Shown here piece by piece: positions 25,324-39,598 of a stretch of 64,000 nucleotides of DNA (positions within the stretch are counted from its first letter, which is position 1; every line of letters starts with the position of its first letter). Both the position numbers and the translations under genes were made by a program. The stretch is from Camelus dromedarius (lineage: Eukaryota). The notes beneath the pieces were generated by a model. It searched no databases and was not told the origin of the DNA. It worked only from the letters and a program-made list of their open reading frames with translations. The stretch covers positions 372,001-436,000 of the forward strand of contig NC_087436.1 of assembly GCF_036321535.1 (NCBI RefSeq). The letters are read 5' to 3'.

Positions 25324-28300
25324 GTGTGAGAGAGCCTAAGCCTGTCTCAGAGTGCAGGGGACAAGTGGAAAGGAATGGTAAAATTTCCACTGACAATTGA
25401 AATTTTGTTAAATAGCCTGCTACTCTTAATTGTATCACTTCATTGTATGTAGGTGTATTTCTGTGAGCATTTATAGGTTCACACAACCCCACCAGCACCT
25501 CTTGCCCACATCGGGGATGGGCTTTCTCAAGCACAGTGCACCTCATGCTTGATTGGCCACGCTACGGGTCCTGGCCTGGGGCCGGGTTGCTGCAGGGCAC
25601 TGAGTCCCCGAGGCACGGGCAGTGAGACAAGACAGGAACATCTCAGCTCATGACTGAGGGCCTCCGTTTCCCCCTGCAGTGTAAGAATGCCGGTGACTCA
25701 GTTAGAAGCATGCTTCGAAGCTGTCCGTGTACTTGCCACCCAGAAGCAGAGCCTGGGAGCTACCGAATTTCTCCAGAATGCAGTTTACATTCACCTTGAC
25801 AAGTGAATTATGTCCTTTTACAAGTGGAGGAATTGCTGCCGTTTCCCTGGAACTTACTCACCACTAGTGTATATGATTTTCCTTTGCTAGGATTCAGTAT
25901 AGCCTGCTAAAAATTCTGGAGTCAGATCTTGAAACCCTGATGAAGAGGATTATTTATTTTATTTCTTTATATGATAGTATTTTACTTTCAAAATTCAGAG
26001 TTTTCAGTTCATTGAGGAATTTTTTCGGGGGTTGGAGAATCAACGTTTCTCTTACCATCTTTGTGACCTGTTGCTATATGCCTCTCACCTGTCTTCTGTC
26101 ACTTGTGAGGCGGTTCCATTTGTGACCCTGTGCGGGTTGTTCATGTTATAAAATATAAATTCTGTAAAACTACAGTCCCTTTTACTCCGAAGACATTCCA
26201 CAAGTACTACTTAAATCTGGGTGTGGTTTTTAGAAGACAGAATCATTAGAACATGTACTTGCAGGTTGCTAGTGCAAAATCCCCAAATCAATAGTCTAGA
26301 TCAACATCTAAAATCTTTCTAATCTACCTTGGATTTGTATGGATAAGTGAAGCAGTTTGCTAAGAAATCAAGACCAGGTTTAGAATACAGGCTGGTGTAG
26401 CTCAGCAGGTCCTCCCATGCTGATGCTCTGCCAGAGGGTGGTGCCAAGGGGAGAGGGCGTGTCCTGCCCTCCCTGAGCTGACAGTTTGATGGCAAAGACC
26501 TTCACCAGGTGAAGAACTGGGAGTTTCTTCTAAGAAAAGTGGGTTTGAAAAGAGTCCTAAAAGCGCGGGAGTGACACAATCCCATTTGTCTCAAGTAGGG
26601 GAGAGCGGCTGTAGGGCCAATTGGGAGACTCGTGAGTCCAGGAGTGCAGTGTTGGTGGCTTCCACTTGAGCGGTGGGACGGTCAGTGTGTTAAAGCGAAC
26701 AGATTGAAGACATGTTTCGATGGTAAAAAGGAAAGGATGAATGCTGTCTGTGAAGTTAGAATGGAGTAAGGCCCAGGTTTCTGGGTGGATTAATGAGGTA
26801 AATGATAGCCCTGCTGTGCTGTGATGAGGGAAACCTGCAGAGGGAGTTCTGGGGAAAATCTGATGAGTTCAGCTGTGGGTAAATGAAAGGCTGTTAGATG
26901 TGTGGACATGGAGCTCTGGTGAGAGCCAGTAGTGAGTAGGGGGAGGGGAGAGAGTCTTTCAAATCATTTTGTCTTGTGAACATACAAATAAGGATGAGCA
27001 ATGACACACTTAACACCTCTATATTCTGGATTTAAAACCCAGTAACATTTTGCATTATTGACTGCAGAGGTTCTTAATTTTTTAAGAGAAATAAAATAAA
27101 TAGAAACAAAATAGTGGAGTTAATCAACATCTAAACAACATTAGATTTGATGTGTGTCCTTGTGTATATTTTGATAACTCATCTGTTTATAACTATAATC
27201 TACAAAAAGTTAACTTGCTTAGCATAAGAGTTAAACAGAGGGACGTGACACACAATGTTAGGGGTGGAAGCTGATCACCTTGGGCAAATTATGTCGCCTC
27301 TCTGTGCCTTAGTTGCATCTTCTGTGACTGCCCCTGGGCCCCTCATCACAGCTGATTTCCTAGACTTGATGTTGGGAGGGAGGCTGCTGAAGGGATTAAG
27401 AAGTGGCAACTGCTAGGGATACTGAAGAGTGAGACAAAAGCAGATTAAAGCCTATAAACTTAGTACAAATACCCTCAAAAGAGAAAGAACCTTGCAGTGT
27501 TTTGAGCCACCTAGCGTAAGGAAAACAAAATCACGTGGACCCAATTCTCTTGAACATTTGAGTATTGTGGGTGGGAGGGTGTCATCAAAAAAGTGTCAAG
27601 AAAAGGCCTTTTGGTTTCCCTTGACGTTTCCAGTAAGGGTGAGTAGCATAAGCAAAACCCCTCCCGGTTCACAGTGGAAGGTCCTTTTTGTGCAAAACTG
27701 ACCAAAGGTTGGAAACCAATCTTCAGCGGTGCTGGCAAATGAAGAGACTTCTGGATTGGGTGGGGCACTTGCTGTGACTTCCAGGTGACCTGCTGGCTGG
27801 GGACTGTTAGGCGGGCAGTAGGTTTGCAGGGAGACCCGGGCATAATCCCTGCCTCTGAGGCTGCTAGTCTGATTAGTCCCCTGGGCACATGCAGTCCTAA
27901 TGGGGCAGCCCGGGATGTGGCCTGGGACACCTGCAATGCTGAGGGCGAAAAGAGGGCTTCCCTGAGGGGGTGTCCCTGCAGAGAGTGGAAACGTCCTCCT
28001 GCAGGTGAGGAAGAGCCTCTGAGCAGGGGGAAGGATGCACAGGCAAGACCAGCCTGAGCACGGAGTGTTTGGGAAGCCAGAAGTCATACAGTGGCCCGAG
28101 CAGCCTTGTTCCTGAGAGACTGGAGGTAAAAGATGCTGAAAAGGCAGGCTAGGTTCAGACCGTGTGGTGTTTTATGAGTGACAGGTAAGGACTGGTCAGG
28201 CAGGCATGAGAGAACCCTGTGGGCATCCCAGCTGGGGCGTCACGCCGGAGGGAGGAGCAGAGTTATAGACTTTGCCACTTATTAGCTGTGTGACTTTGAG

Positions 28301-29057
28301 CAAGATCACCCCAGTTCTCTCTATATATATCTTCAACTGTAAAGTGACACAGTGACAAGCTCGTGTCATCAGAAGGCTTAGTTTAGATCTGATCCTCTGT
28401 GTCCAGTCCTGTCAGTGCTGCCCTGTGAGGTTCTGTAGCGGCTGCTCTTACCCTGAGATGGGAGGGCGTAGAGGGACATTGTAGCACCCGAGGGCAGGAT
28501 GGGTTTGCTTTAAAAGCAGACATGTTGCCGCCTGCAGCTGCAGACCTGCAGGGAGCTTGGTTGATCGTCGTGGAGAGAACTTTGGAGTCCTTAGCATCGT
28601 CTTAAGACTTGTTTTCACTTAGGGACCAGATATGCCTTTGCAGATTAATGTTGAATATTTGGGCTTCTGGCAAAGCTGTTTTCAGAGATGGGTATATACG
28701 TAACATATCATATAAAATAAAATGATTTTATTAACGTGTGGGACTTTGCAGCTGTTGGGAACATCTCTGTTGCCCTGGTCTCCACAGAGGACACTAGGGG
28801 TCAGCAGAGCGTGCGGGAGGGCAGGCAGCCCACAGTGCTTTTGCCGGCTGTTCTCCCCAGTAGGGCAGTCTGCTGAGTTGACTCTTCTCTGAGTTTGGTT
28901 ACCAGATGAGCAGACAGCAAAGTAATGAGTTCTGGTGGGACTGTATAATGACAGGAAGAAAGAGGAACCAGTAGTTTTTCAGGACTAGAACACGCTTTTG
29001 GTTCCTGATCCAGTGTATTCCATTACAGAAGTGATGAGTTGTGTCTATTCTGGGACT

Positions 29058-29545
29058 TGATTGAAATAAACGTTCAGCCTAAAATTAAGAGTTGTGTTTC
29101 ATTTGGCGGGAGGACTCGAGCCGGGATGACAGTCTCTCAGATCACTCTGAGGAACTGCTCCCAAGAGGTATGGGAAGAGCTAGGATATACAGGAGCTTTA
29201 CAACAAAGACAAGGTAGTTGGAACAATAAAAGATTGCTTGTTATCTAAAGAAAGCCAGGTATCTCAAGTTCAAGAATTTAGTGGTTTTCTATGTATGGGG
29301 GGAAGCAAACATTTGGACTCACTGAATTCATACTTTAACAAGCACCTAGCTATCTAGGGCAAGTATCCTGTCCTTTCTTATTCTGAGTCTGCTCAGAGGG
29401 CACCAATATGAGTGGCTGAGAGGCTGGGTTTCAGGCATGTACTCGCTGGGGTGTGGCAGCGGCTGCTGATGGCTTGGCTTCAGGATTCTTTGTTTACTGA
29501 CGTGGTTGCAGTATTTTCTTTCACATTGTACTACTTTCATTCACA
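29058..29545 (-). mobile_element. 3' LTR of the provirus
   Basis: TG...CA ends; homologous over its full length to 35776-36266; adjoins the PPT. Confidence 0.92.
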
Positions 29546-30439
29546 GTGCTCCCCCTTGGTCCTAAATTCGACCAATATTTTGAGAGAGGTTTCATGACCA
29601 ATTTTGTCCCACGGTGCTAGGATGGCTCATTCCTACTTCTGGTGAAGTATCTTCTGAGCTGCCATTCAAGGTGTTAGTTTTTTATCAGACCCTATTGATA
29701 CTAAAAGTTCTCTGGATCGCCTGTCTTACTAGTCTATTATGATCCAGGAATTGTTTACCCTTCGTTGCTCATTACCATAACTAGAATCGCACTATTACAA
29801 TTATTTTATACAGGGTTATAAATTTTACCTATTCCTTCAAGATGTTTAGCCATCATCAATCTTGTAGGCCTAGTTACACATTGGGAAATGTAACAGACAA
29901 CAATTTTATTATATAGACAGGATATAAGTAATTCAGATAGTAACGTTTATAAAGTCATGAGTAAGAATTTAATAGTCGAGAAGTTATATTTTTGGGTTAA
30001 AATTTTCCTTGTGTTCCTGATTGAGTTTGAGTGATCTTATGAGAAATTTCATATTTATGGTCAGGGTCAGAGCAGGTATTAATTGGCCAGGTGAAGTCTC
30101 CCACCTTGTAAGATCAACAGTGGCCTAAACAGAACTATTATTTCTTTTTAGAGTAACGTTTCTGAGGGCTATCTAGTTAGAGCCTTGGAGTAGGGAAACC
30201 CACCAAGGTAACACAGAAGTACTAGACATAGGTAATTTACCATAAACTTAACAGTTGGAGTAGTTCATAATCAAAGGTAGGAGAAATTATCAAAGTAATT
30301 GGCATACAGGCCTGGTTCGGTGTCTTGGGTCTGCAGTCTTCTTCAGATGTTGTCTTCTTCTCATCCTGACCTGGTAGATTTTTCTCCATTTGGGCATTGT
30401 TTTAAGGTGAGCAGTGCTCTATAGGCCAGTGCACTGCAG

Positions 30440-30620
30440 GGGCTGTTTCTGATAGGAAATGAATCTGAAAGTCCGTTTCCTTCAGCTTTGGTGTGTATGG
30501 TCTTGTTAAGAGTACCTGATAAAGGGTCCTTCCATTCAGGTTGGAGACAGTTCTTTAAGTCATGCCTGTTCCAGTATTTATAATACCCTGGCTGCTGGTC
30601 ATGGGGCATTGGAACTTTAC
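30440..30620 (-). pseudogene. Retroviral integrase C-terminal (GPY/F) remnant
   Basis: - strand ctccaacctgaatggaaggaccctttatcaggtactcttaac reads as a frameshifted LQPEWKGP-YQVLLT motif typical of gamma-like ERV integrase. Confidence 0.7.
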
Positions 30621-33600
30621 CAAGGATAGATTACTGAGCCTCAGAAACAAACCTAGAGTATTCTTTTCATAATTCAATTAACCTTTACAGCAATGTGACA
30701 TAACAGCAAGGAATGATCTGGGAAATGTCTAAGTAAATATAGACCTCAATCAACAAAACTAGAAATTAATATCCACTAAAATATAATCTTTTTTCTCTCT
30801 AAAGTTACCCTCAGTTTTCTCAAATATAGTCAAATCAAGATTAATTTATTTACAAGCTAAGTCTGATTATTTGATTATATAGGCGTTTTTTAAATTGGCT
30901 GTGTTGGAACTTTTAATTAGGAGTCTCAGGGTAGAATGTTAATAAGGTTTTCTTAGGCCCGGAATGCCTCGTCAAGGGCTTGTCATGGATTTCTGCCTTA
31001 CAGATTTAGGTAAATTCTTTTCTCTTTAAAATCCTTAAAATACTTTGAGATTGCTATATCTGTTAGGAGATGATCTTCCTCATTTGTCTGATAGACCCAC
31101 TGGGGACCTTAGAGTTTTTAGTCTCTTGAGGGATCAGATAGAGAGAAAAGATAACTGTTCCAAGTCTGCTTACATAGGTATAATTTATCAAATTTCTGTG
31201 AATCATAACTAGCTTAAGGAGAAGAGTTTCTTTATGTCTGGGAAACAGTTTAAAAGCCAGTAGTATGTCAGACAAAATCAAAAATTATAACCATATTCAC
31301 CAGTGTACTCAGTCCCATGTAACTAATTCTTTTACTCAGAGTTTTCATTAGACCTTTAAAATTTCTTACCCAGTTTAGTTCAGTGCTATAGTTCGAAATT
31401 TATTTGAAATCAATAAATCTCCTTGAAGAGAAAGCAATTTGCAAAATCATCAGAAGGAAACAATTAACTGTATATAAATGACAAGTGATTTAAAAGCATG
31501 GTTAAACAACGTCACACTATAATCGATAAAGAAAGCTGGTCACTATAACTAGAATTATGACTGGTAACATTTCAGATATACCAGAATTTTAGGGAATCCA
31601 TATAATTTATAGAATATCTATATTAATAATATTTTCTCATACAGTATAACCTAGGAAGATCTATTATTCATTTGACAATACCATGTTATTTAGCATGCCA
31701 AATGAAACTTACTACTTTAAAATCTCTCTTTGGGATGTTTCAGGGGCCCTCTGTAGCATCCCAAACTTAACTGGAGATTAAAAGAACTTTAATTAAAAAT
31801 TGATATTTGGGGAGCTTTTTAAAGGTTTTCAGAACACTTGGTCAGATAAACATATAGATCACTGTAAAGTAGTTCTTTTTCATTAACAAGAAAATACGTT
31901 AAAGTAAAAGCAGAACAGGTCAGTTATGTGGTATAAGAAGCTTTACAATTTGTTACTGAAAGTGGATTAACATTTTTAGAAAATTTTGTCATCTTAACAG
32001 AGAGAAAACCAAATCTAGTCTTGTACCAGATTACTTCTAAGATTCATTTACTTTGCCCAAGTTGATTCTAAACTTAGACAATTCTGACAACGTACAAAAC
32101 TCTTTCCTCAGGGTTCCTCTTCCACAAGCGTTCCACAGCCTTCTATACTCACATTAGTGTGTCCTTTATTTTCTCTTCCATTCAGAAGTAACCAGCTTCA
32201 GAAGAAAGTCACTATTTTTTATTAACAAAATATAATTACATTCATATATCTTCCTTTACACATTTATCTTACTTTCCTAGGATACTGAGATTATACCCTT
32301 AATAATAGAGTTTATTTCAGGGTAGCACCAACCATTTATTAATATTTCTAAACACCTTTACTTTCTTTGTAAGGGTAAGTTAAATGTTAAATAATTCATA
32401 TTTCAATCTTATTTTATCTGAAAGTGTCATAGCTATTTAATAAAATCCTATCATTTAACTTAATTTAGCACAACTCTAGAATTTAAAGATACCAAACATT
32501 TAGAGATTATCTTAACCATACATTTTAAAAATATATTTTAAAAATTTACCCAAAGCTCTCATCTCATTTGCATTTAATTTACTTAAAATTTTACTACACC
32601 ACATTACTATTTTTTTTTCTTGACAATTCTGCAACAGATATAACAGGATCTTATTTGACTTTCATTAAAACTAGGTACAGTAAAGGTATTGTACTTAATA
32701 TTGATGACTTTAAAGATGTCTATATTAATTAGAACATACTTAAACTAAACAATATCAAATATTATCTTAATATTGAATATTTTCCAGTTCACGTGACGCT
32801 GAAAGTCAACTTGGTCAGTTTTTATTTTAAAAATACTTAATTTGTAAGCTCTTATTTTTTTTTACGTCAATTAAGCAGAGATCTTTGACTTTGATTTTTT
32901 TTTTCAGCTGTAGAAATATCTCACATCTATAATGTGTACGCAGGCTTATAAACAGACAAAAGCTAGAGATCTCATAGGTTCACTTTAAAACTTACTTATA
33001 AGATAGGTATAATAATAGTTGGAGTAAGCTGAATTTGCTTGCTCAGATCACTAAGGCTTACTATTTATGAAACCGACATTTAAGATTTCTTGACAATTGC
33101 TGAAGGACGCGTCAGAATTCTGAGTTCTAAAATGCCAAAAATTTCTTGGCCTTAAGTATTATCTCATTGAGCTAATTAGGCTCAGTCCTAGGTCACTGTT
33201 TGCTGTATTTATATTTCTGATCTGCAAGACAAAGACAGAAGCTTCCAGTTCCCCAGAGAACTGCTCTGTCATCTAGGCCCAATTGTATCTCCTAATTTGG
33301 CTTTTTTGTATCAGTGAGAAGAGCTGTACACAAAGAATTCCATGTTTTAAAACTTTAAGATTTACTTTAGCATGTCTTCCAAAGCTTGCATAAGGTATTT
33401 AGTGAGGTCTCTTTTCCTTGAGTTATAAGTTAAACCCAGGATAAACCTCTTATTTTATTGTCTATTAGCCACTGAATATTAGTTTTTAATTTTACGTTAT
33501 ATTGGAAGGCTCACGATACTCTATTGGTTTCCTTTACTTTGTTCAATTAATATTTTCTAAGGGACAGATATGTGCCCAGCCTTATAATACCAAGAAGGGG

Positions 33601-34474
33601 AAGCGTTTTTCCATTGAAATATATCTATCCCACAATATAATTAAGCAAAAGTTTTATATAAAGTCCATTTAATATACCAATTTTACAAATTTTATCTCAA
33701 TTTTATTAAATCTTGTACCCTTAATTTTTATATATATTAGGTTTAATCAGTAATTCCTATTTCTAGAAGGAGTGTCAGAAGCTTTTTTTTTTTTTTTTTT
33801 TGTGCATTGTATCTAATTATATAGAAAAGTCTCTGGGATTCCCAAGTTTCAGCCAAAGAGCTTAGGCCCTTCTCAATTTTCAATTTGATTAATAGGTCTG
33901 TTGTCCCAATCATTGATCAAGTATTTCAGTCTATAATTATGTATTTTTTTTAGCTCTATAAATACATATATTTTAAACTGTGCTAAAGCGGACTTGTTTG
34001 AACTTTAATGTTAGGGGGCAGTAGGTGATCTCTTTGGCCCCTTTTTTTTACTTTACATAGTGTAGTATCAAAACCTTGTATCTAAATCCAAAAATGTCCA
34101 TTTTATTTATCTCATTCAAAATAACCATATAAAAATATTTATCCATTTGGGATAAGCCCCTTATCTTTTTTTTTTTCCGACATTTTTACAATCCTTTTTC
34201 CAGTTATTCAGCCTAATTAACATTAATTATTCTAAGTATTTATTAGCATCTCTAAAACCATTGATCGGAAAGGGAAAACACAAATGTAGCTTTTCAAACA
34301 AGTTTTTTTTTTTTTTAACTAATTTCTTAGGTTAAACATTAGATATATTTTCCTACCTTTAAACTTGATTTTAATAGGTACCAATAAAACTGCTGTTTAT
34401 AATGAGAGCTCTTTCAACTTTCACCAATTTAAAAGTTTTCCCAAATTAAAGGATCCATCATATGGCCATCAATT

Positions 34475-34528
34475 TATATATATATATATAATAATATATA
34501 TATTATTATTATATAATATATATATATA
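34475..34528. repeat. (TA)n-rich quasi-palindrome inside the ERV
   Basis: Directly visible. Confidence 0.9.
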
Positions 34529-35775
34529 GTGATTTTAAACCAATAAGATGAAGAGACTTTTCCACATGAGAGTGGGGGTGTTGCTTAAATAAAATTCAAA
34601 ATTTACTTTCCAAAAGCTAAAAGCCTTTGTGGTCCAGGCTGATGCAACAACGGTTAAGATGGCAAAATATCTGAAAATTGGTACAATCAAAGGATTTTTG
34701 AGAATCCCAATTTATTTGCTTGGCCACAATATGTACACAATACTTGTACCTTTTGTATGACAGAGTCCAAGGTTTCGTTTAAAATAAAAGAAACACATAT
34801 ATACACACACATAAAACACCCAGAGAAAGATAAAACGTTTACATTTCAAGGACACAGGAAGAGAAATCCAAGTTCCCCCTAAATGGGATTTTGTTCCTAT
34901 AAGTTCAGAATTCCAAAAAATATTTTATCAGGCCTGGTTAGTTACTTTCAGGGTGAGTTTTTTTTTTTCTAATTCCTAATTAATGTTGTAAGTTTTGTAC
35001 GTATATAAACCAGGCTAGTGTATTAGTTGGAGGCTGGCAATCTGTCATTTCTTTTTCTTTTCTGTTCTGTGTTTTTTTTTTTTTAAATTTTTTTTTTGAA
35101 AGTTCTATTCCCCATTGTAAGGTCGGGTTTTCAGAATAAAATTGCTGGTAAGATTTCCCGCAGGGACAACAATATGGCATGAAGCCTTTGCATCTACCAT
35201 TCCTGTAAGTTTCTCCATCACCCAAGAAAGCTGTTACCAGCCAGGAGGAGGGTCCCATTTTTGGAGTTGAAAGGTTCCTCATAGGAGTTTTACTTTTATT
35301 CCAAAAAATTCAGTGGAGGTAACCAAATCGAGGACAACATTAGACCAGCCTCTTACATAACCACTCAGTCCTGAACCCAGTGTCTTTCAACTTGGACCCA
35401 CTCAGGACGTTTTCCCTGGGTGAGTATTTTCCTGGTATGTTTCCACCAGCCCCACTTCAGACGTCTCCTCAAGGTGGGTGTTTCCTGTTATCTTTCAACC
35501 AGGCCCCACCCAGTATGTCTCCACTTGGTGGGTAATTCCGCCCAGTCTCTTTCAACTGGAGGGCCAGGTACCTGGATACACCGCAAAATAAAACTCAGGA
35601 TCATCAACCAATATGGGAGATCCGAGAACCAGGAGAGACTCGCCCAAATTCATCTGGATTCCCCAAGGAGGCAGATGGGCACAAAGTGCCAATGCTGGTA
35701 CCAAGGCTCCGGTAATTCGGAGAGTTCAGCTGGAGAGAAGTCTGCTCTGGGTCCCTTCCTGGTGTCCAAAACTTT

Positions 35776-36266
35776 TGACTGAAATACATGTGCAGCCTAA
35801 AAGTTAAGAGTTATGTTTTATTTGGCGGGAGGACTCGAGCCGGGATGACAGCCTCTCAGATCGCTCGGAGGGACTGTTCCAAAGTGGTTGAGGAGGAGCT
35901 AGGATATATAGGAGCTTTACAACAAAGACAAGGTTGTTGGAAGAATAAAAGATTGCTTGTTATCTAAAGAAAGCCAGGTATCTCAAGTTCAAGAATTTAG
36001 TGCTTTTCCATATATGGGAGGAAGCAAACATTTTTACTCACTGAATTCATTCTTTAGACAAGCACCTAGCTATCTAGGGCAAGTATCCTGTCCTTTCTTA
36101 TTCTGAGTCTGCTCAGAGGGCACCGTTGTGAGTGGCTGTAGAGGCTGGGCTGCAGGCCTGTCCTCGCTGGGGTGTGTTGGCAGCCACTGATGATTTGGTT
36201 TCAGCATTCTTTGTTTACTGACATGGTTGCAGTATTTTCATTCACACTGTAGTATTTTCGGTCACA
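35776..36266 (-). mobile_element. 5' LTR of the provirus
   Basis: TG...CA ends; followed on the - strand by the PBS. Confidence 0.92.
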
Positions 36267-38695
36267 GAATGATTATGGATAATCTGCAAACTTGGAAAGC
36301 AACCGAGATGGAATTACTTCAGGTACCTTCTAATTTAATAAGCCGTGTGCAAACATAAACATGGAGGAAGCTTACAAAAGAATTTGGTGGTGTAGGGAAG
36401 GTGTTCTGCACATTACAGGAGAAGGCAGAATTCCTTTTCTTTGTGGGCAGGGACGTAAGCCCACCTTTCTTTTCTGTAGTGGCTTCTGAGAACACTTTAT
36501 GGTAATTAATGAACATTGAGAAACGGTGGCAAACATTGCATTCAAGAGCTGGCCGGCTGCAAACTTGTGTATTGGACAGGTGGAATTCATAGGCAAGTGG
36601 TCAGGTGGATGGGAGAGAAATGAAGCCCAGGCCTGGGCCCAGATTCAGGTTTAAATCGCCATTTCCTCACCATGGGGCCTTGGACTACAATGTAACCACT
36701 CCTAACCTGTTGGTGAATCTGTGAAATGGGCATGATAATATTCGTTTGTTCCTGGGATTGTTGTAAGTTGTAAAGACTATTATAGCACACATGAAGCACT
36801 TAACACACTGGCACTTAGCAGTGTTCACTGTGTGTGGACGTCCCCTTCGCGTGTGTCAGAGCCGTAAAGGCAGCATTTGTCTGTTGAGGATGCACTGGTA
36901 GCCCCTTGAATACGTTGTGAATTTGGTGATTTCCTTTTATCTTGGTAAATCTGTGTGCCATGGGCAGTTATTTTCATGGACAGATGAGGAATCTCAGGGT
37001 AAAGAAGACTGTGTAATTTGCCCAAAGTCAGACCATAATTTTGGGTGCAGGGGCCTCAGTTCAGCATGGGTCCCTGGGACTTCTGCCCTCTCCTTTCAGC
37101 ACCTGAGACAGATGTGTGCTCGGCTGTCTCCCAGCCCAGAATATCTAGCAGGGAGCAAGACATACCTGGCCCTGTGCTGCTTGAGCAAAACTCCAGGGTG
37201 GAGGCAGTTACAAAAAGGATAAACATAAAAAAAGATGACTGCAAACTGTGATCAGCTCTGAGAAGGAAAGGAACACGCCTCGCCGTGCAGCGCTTGGAAC
37301 TTTCCCGTCACGGCTGCTCTGGGGGCGTTCATCTCAGCTAAACAAGCTCTGCTGCTGCACAAAGGCAGGAAGGCAGGGCGCGTGTGACCAGGTAGACTGG
37401 GCCTCGTTGGTCATACTCATTCCCCATTAAGCGGCAGCTGTCATTGGCACTTACCTAGTAAACAGATGTTGGCCATAATCATCACGCACTTTGCTTGGTA
37501 GTTTTATTGGCCCCACCTTTGAGATGAGGTAATTGAAGCTGGGGAGTTTGCTGCATGCCCGTGATCACCATGGAAATACCCCCACTGGTCTTTCAACCTA
37601 GACTGGTGTGGCTGTCATGCCCCAGCCCTGTGAATGGCATCGTGTAGCTTCTCCCAAGTGGCCCAAATGACTGATATTGATTTTCTTAATTCGTAGGAAA
37701 TGGTATGTGACAATAGGAGAAAAAGGTAGTAAGAAATTGTTTGGAAAACTAGAAAAAAATTCAATTCTTCCCAAGCTGGGGGAGCGTAAGCTCTGTCACA
37801 CACTCCACTCACTGCCTGTCACCTCCTCCCTGCCAATTCCGTGTTCAGAAGCCACTCTGAGCCTTTGAAGAACATTTTGCCTCATGACACAGTTGACTAG
37901 GACCTGCGACCTCTCTGTCCCTGGTTAACAGTCTATTCAAAGCCATTTAAATTTTATGCTGGCTCCTCCGCTCAGATGTAAGAATAGCCTCTTTAAACTT
38001 CTTGATGCAGCTCCTTAATGAGGATCTTGTGAAGGAAACCTAGTCAAAACCTGGGATGTATGCACATAGTGACCGTAAACTCAGCACTTTGTGAAGTTCA
38101 GAATCAGATGGGTGGGAGACTCAGGAAAGGCTTTTTAAGGTAGAAAGGGGAAAGTGAAAGGACTTAGGCTGTGTAAGACTGAAACATCTCGGTCCCAGCC
38201 AGCAAGGCACCTGCGTTCAGGATGGTGGGTGGGGAGTGCAGAGTTGTCACAAAGAAAGAAGTGGTGGGATGGGAGGGAGGACAGTTACGTACTTTACTGG
38301 GGAGGGAAATAGTGGGCTGAACATTTCCTGGTTGAACAAGAGGACTGTGACATGATGTGCTTGTATTTTGGAGAGAAGGGTTTTGTGGGGACAGGCCTAG
38401 GGAGAACGCTCTGTGGCTGGGGATTCAGCACAACAAAGAAACACAGAGAACCGGGCAGACCCCAGGGCCCCTGCTGGGGGAGAGGCTGCCCGCCAATTCG
38501 AGCCCTTGGGGCTGCTTCTGTCCCTTAGCCGGGGCCTTAGAGCTCCCTTCACAACCCAGTCCTGTTGATACAAGAAAAAAAAAGTGGGGCATGAGAAGGG
38601 CTGTGTGCCAGGCTTTGGTTGAGCCCCTTGGATGTGCCCTGCCAGATGTGGGTACTTGGCTTCATGCAGGAAAGTATTCAAGCACAAGCCACTGT

Positions 38696-39185
38696 TGAGT
38701 AAAGGTAGACTTATTCAGAGAGATTCATTGAAAGGCAAGAGAAATTCCACGATGTGTGGGGGTTTGATGCTCAGATTAAAAGTAGGTACACACTCCACAG
38801 AGTGTGGGCCTTCTCTGAAGCGGGAGAGAGAGGTGTGACCCCTAGGTGGTGCTGTGTTGCTTGTATTCATGGGCTTGGTGGTTTCATATGCTAATAAGTA
38901 GAAGGACCAGCCTAAGGGCAAGGGGCTGGAATTCACAGGGAGTTGGCCATTTCCCACCATTTGACTTTTTTGGCTAGCCTTTGGACTGCCATGGTGCCTG
39001 GGGGCGTGTTATTCACCATGTTACTATTACAATGGGTGTATAATGAAGCTCAAGATCTGCTAGAACTTAAATCTCTTCATCCTGAGCCTCAAGGCCTATT
39101 GGGGGTTGAATCCTTCACCATTTTGATGTTAATTGCTGTGGCCTTCCTTGAATGGCTGTGCTCTGCCCCCTTCCATCCTGTCTCA
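38696..39185 (-). mobile_element. Solo LTR
   Basis: TG...CA, perfect 4-bp TSD CTGT; strand tentative. Confidence 0.75.
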
Positions 39186-39486
39186 CTGTGATGACACAGA
39201 GAGAACAAAGGCCCGGCCCTGGCTGTGCTCCTGCATTTAACAGGGGGAGGGGTGGGGTGGGCTGAGGATGACTCTGGGTGGTGTGAAGGATGTTTCAGAT
39301 TTTCCCACGTGGGACATGAGGACCTGCCAGCTGCCACCGCAGAATTATCTCATGGGCATTATCGCTTGTGTCACTCATTTGTTTCTATTTTTCTTTTTTT
39401 TTTTTAAGTATTTAATCTAAATTTAATATCAGATTATTTTAGGAAACAAATTTCTCTTTTTCTTTTCTTTGGGGCTCTTTTCTTTT

Positions 39487-39598
39487 GGGGGGGTAGGTAA
39501 TTAAGTGTATTTATCTGTTAGTGGAGGCCCTGGGGCTTGAACCCAGACCCCGCGTATGCTATACACACGCTCTAACACTGAGCTTTACCACCCGCCCC
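39487..39598 (-). mobile_element. tRNA-derived SINE (Vic-1-like)
   Basis: Homologous to 53948-54074, including the ggtaatta.g tail motif. Confidence 0.8.

Larger units (their letters stand above)
29058..36266 (-). mobile_element. Two-LTR endogenous retrovirus (ERV1-class, non-autonomous/decayed)
   Basis: Direct LTRs of ~490 bp. PBS TGGACACCAGGAAGGGAC (- strand, 35751-35768). PPT AGGACCAAGGGGGAGCAC next to the left LTR (29546-29563). Candidate TSD GACT/GAAT. AT-rich interior without long ORFs. Confidence 0.92.
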
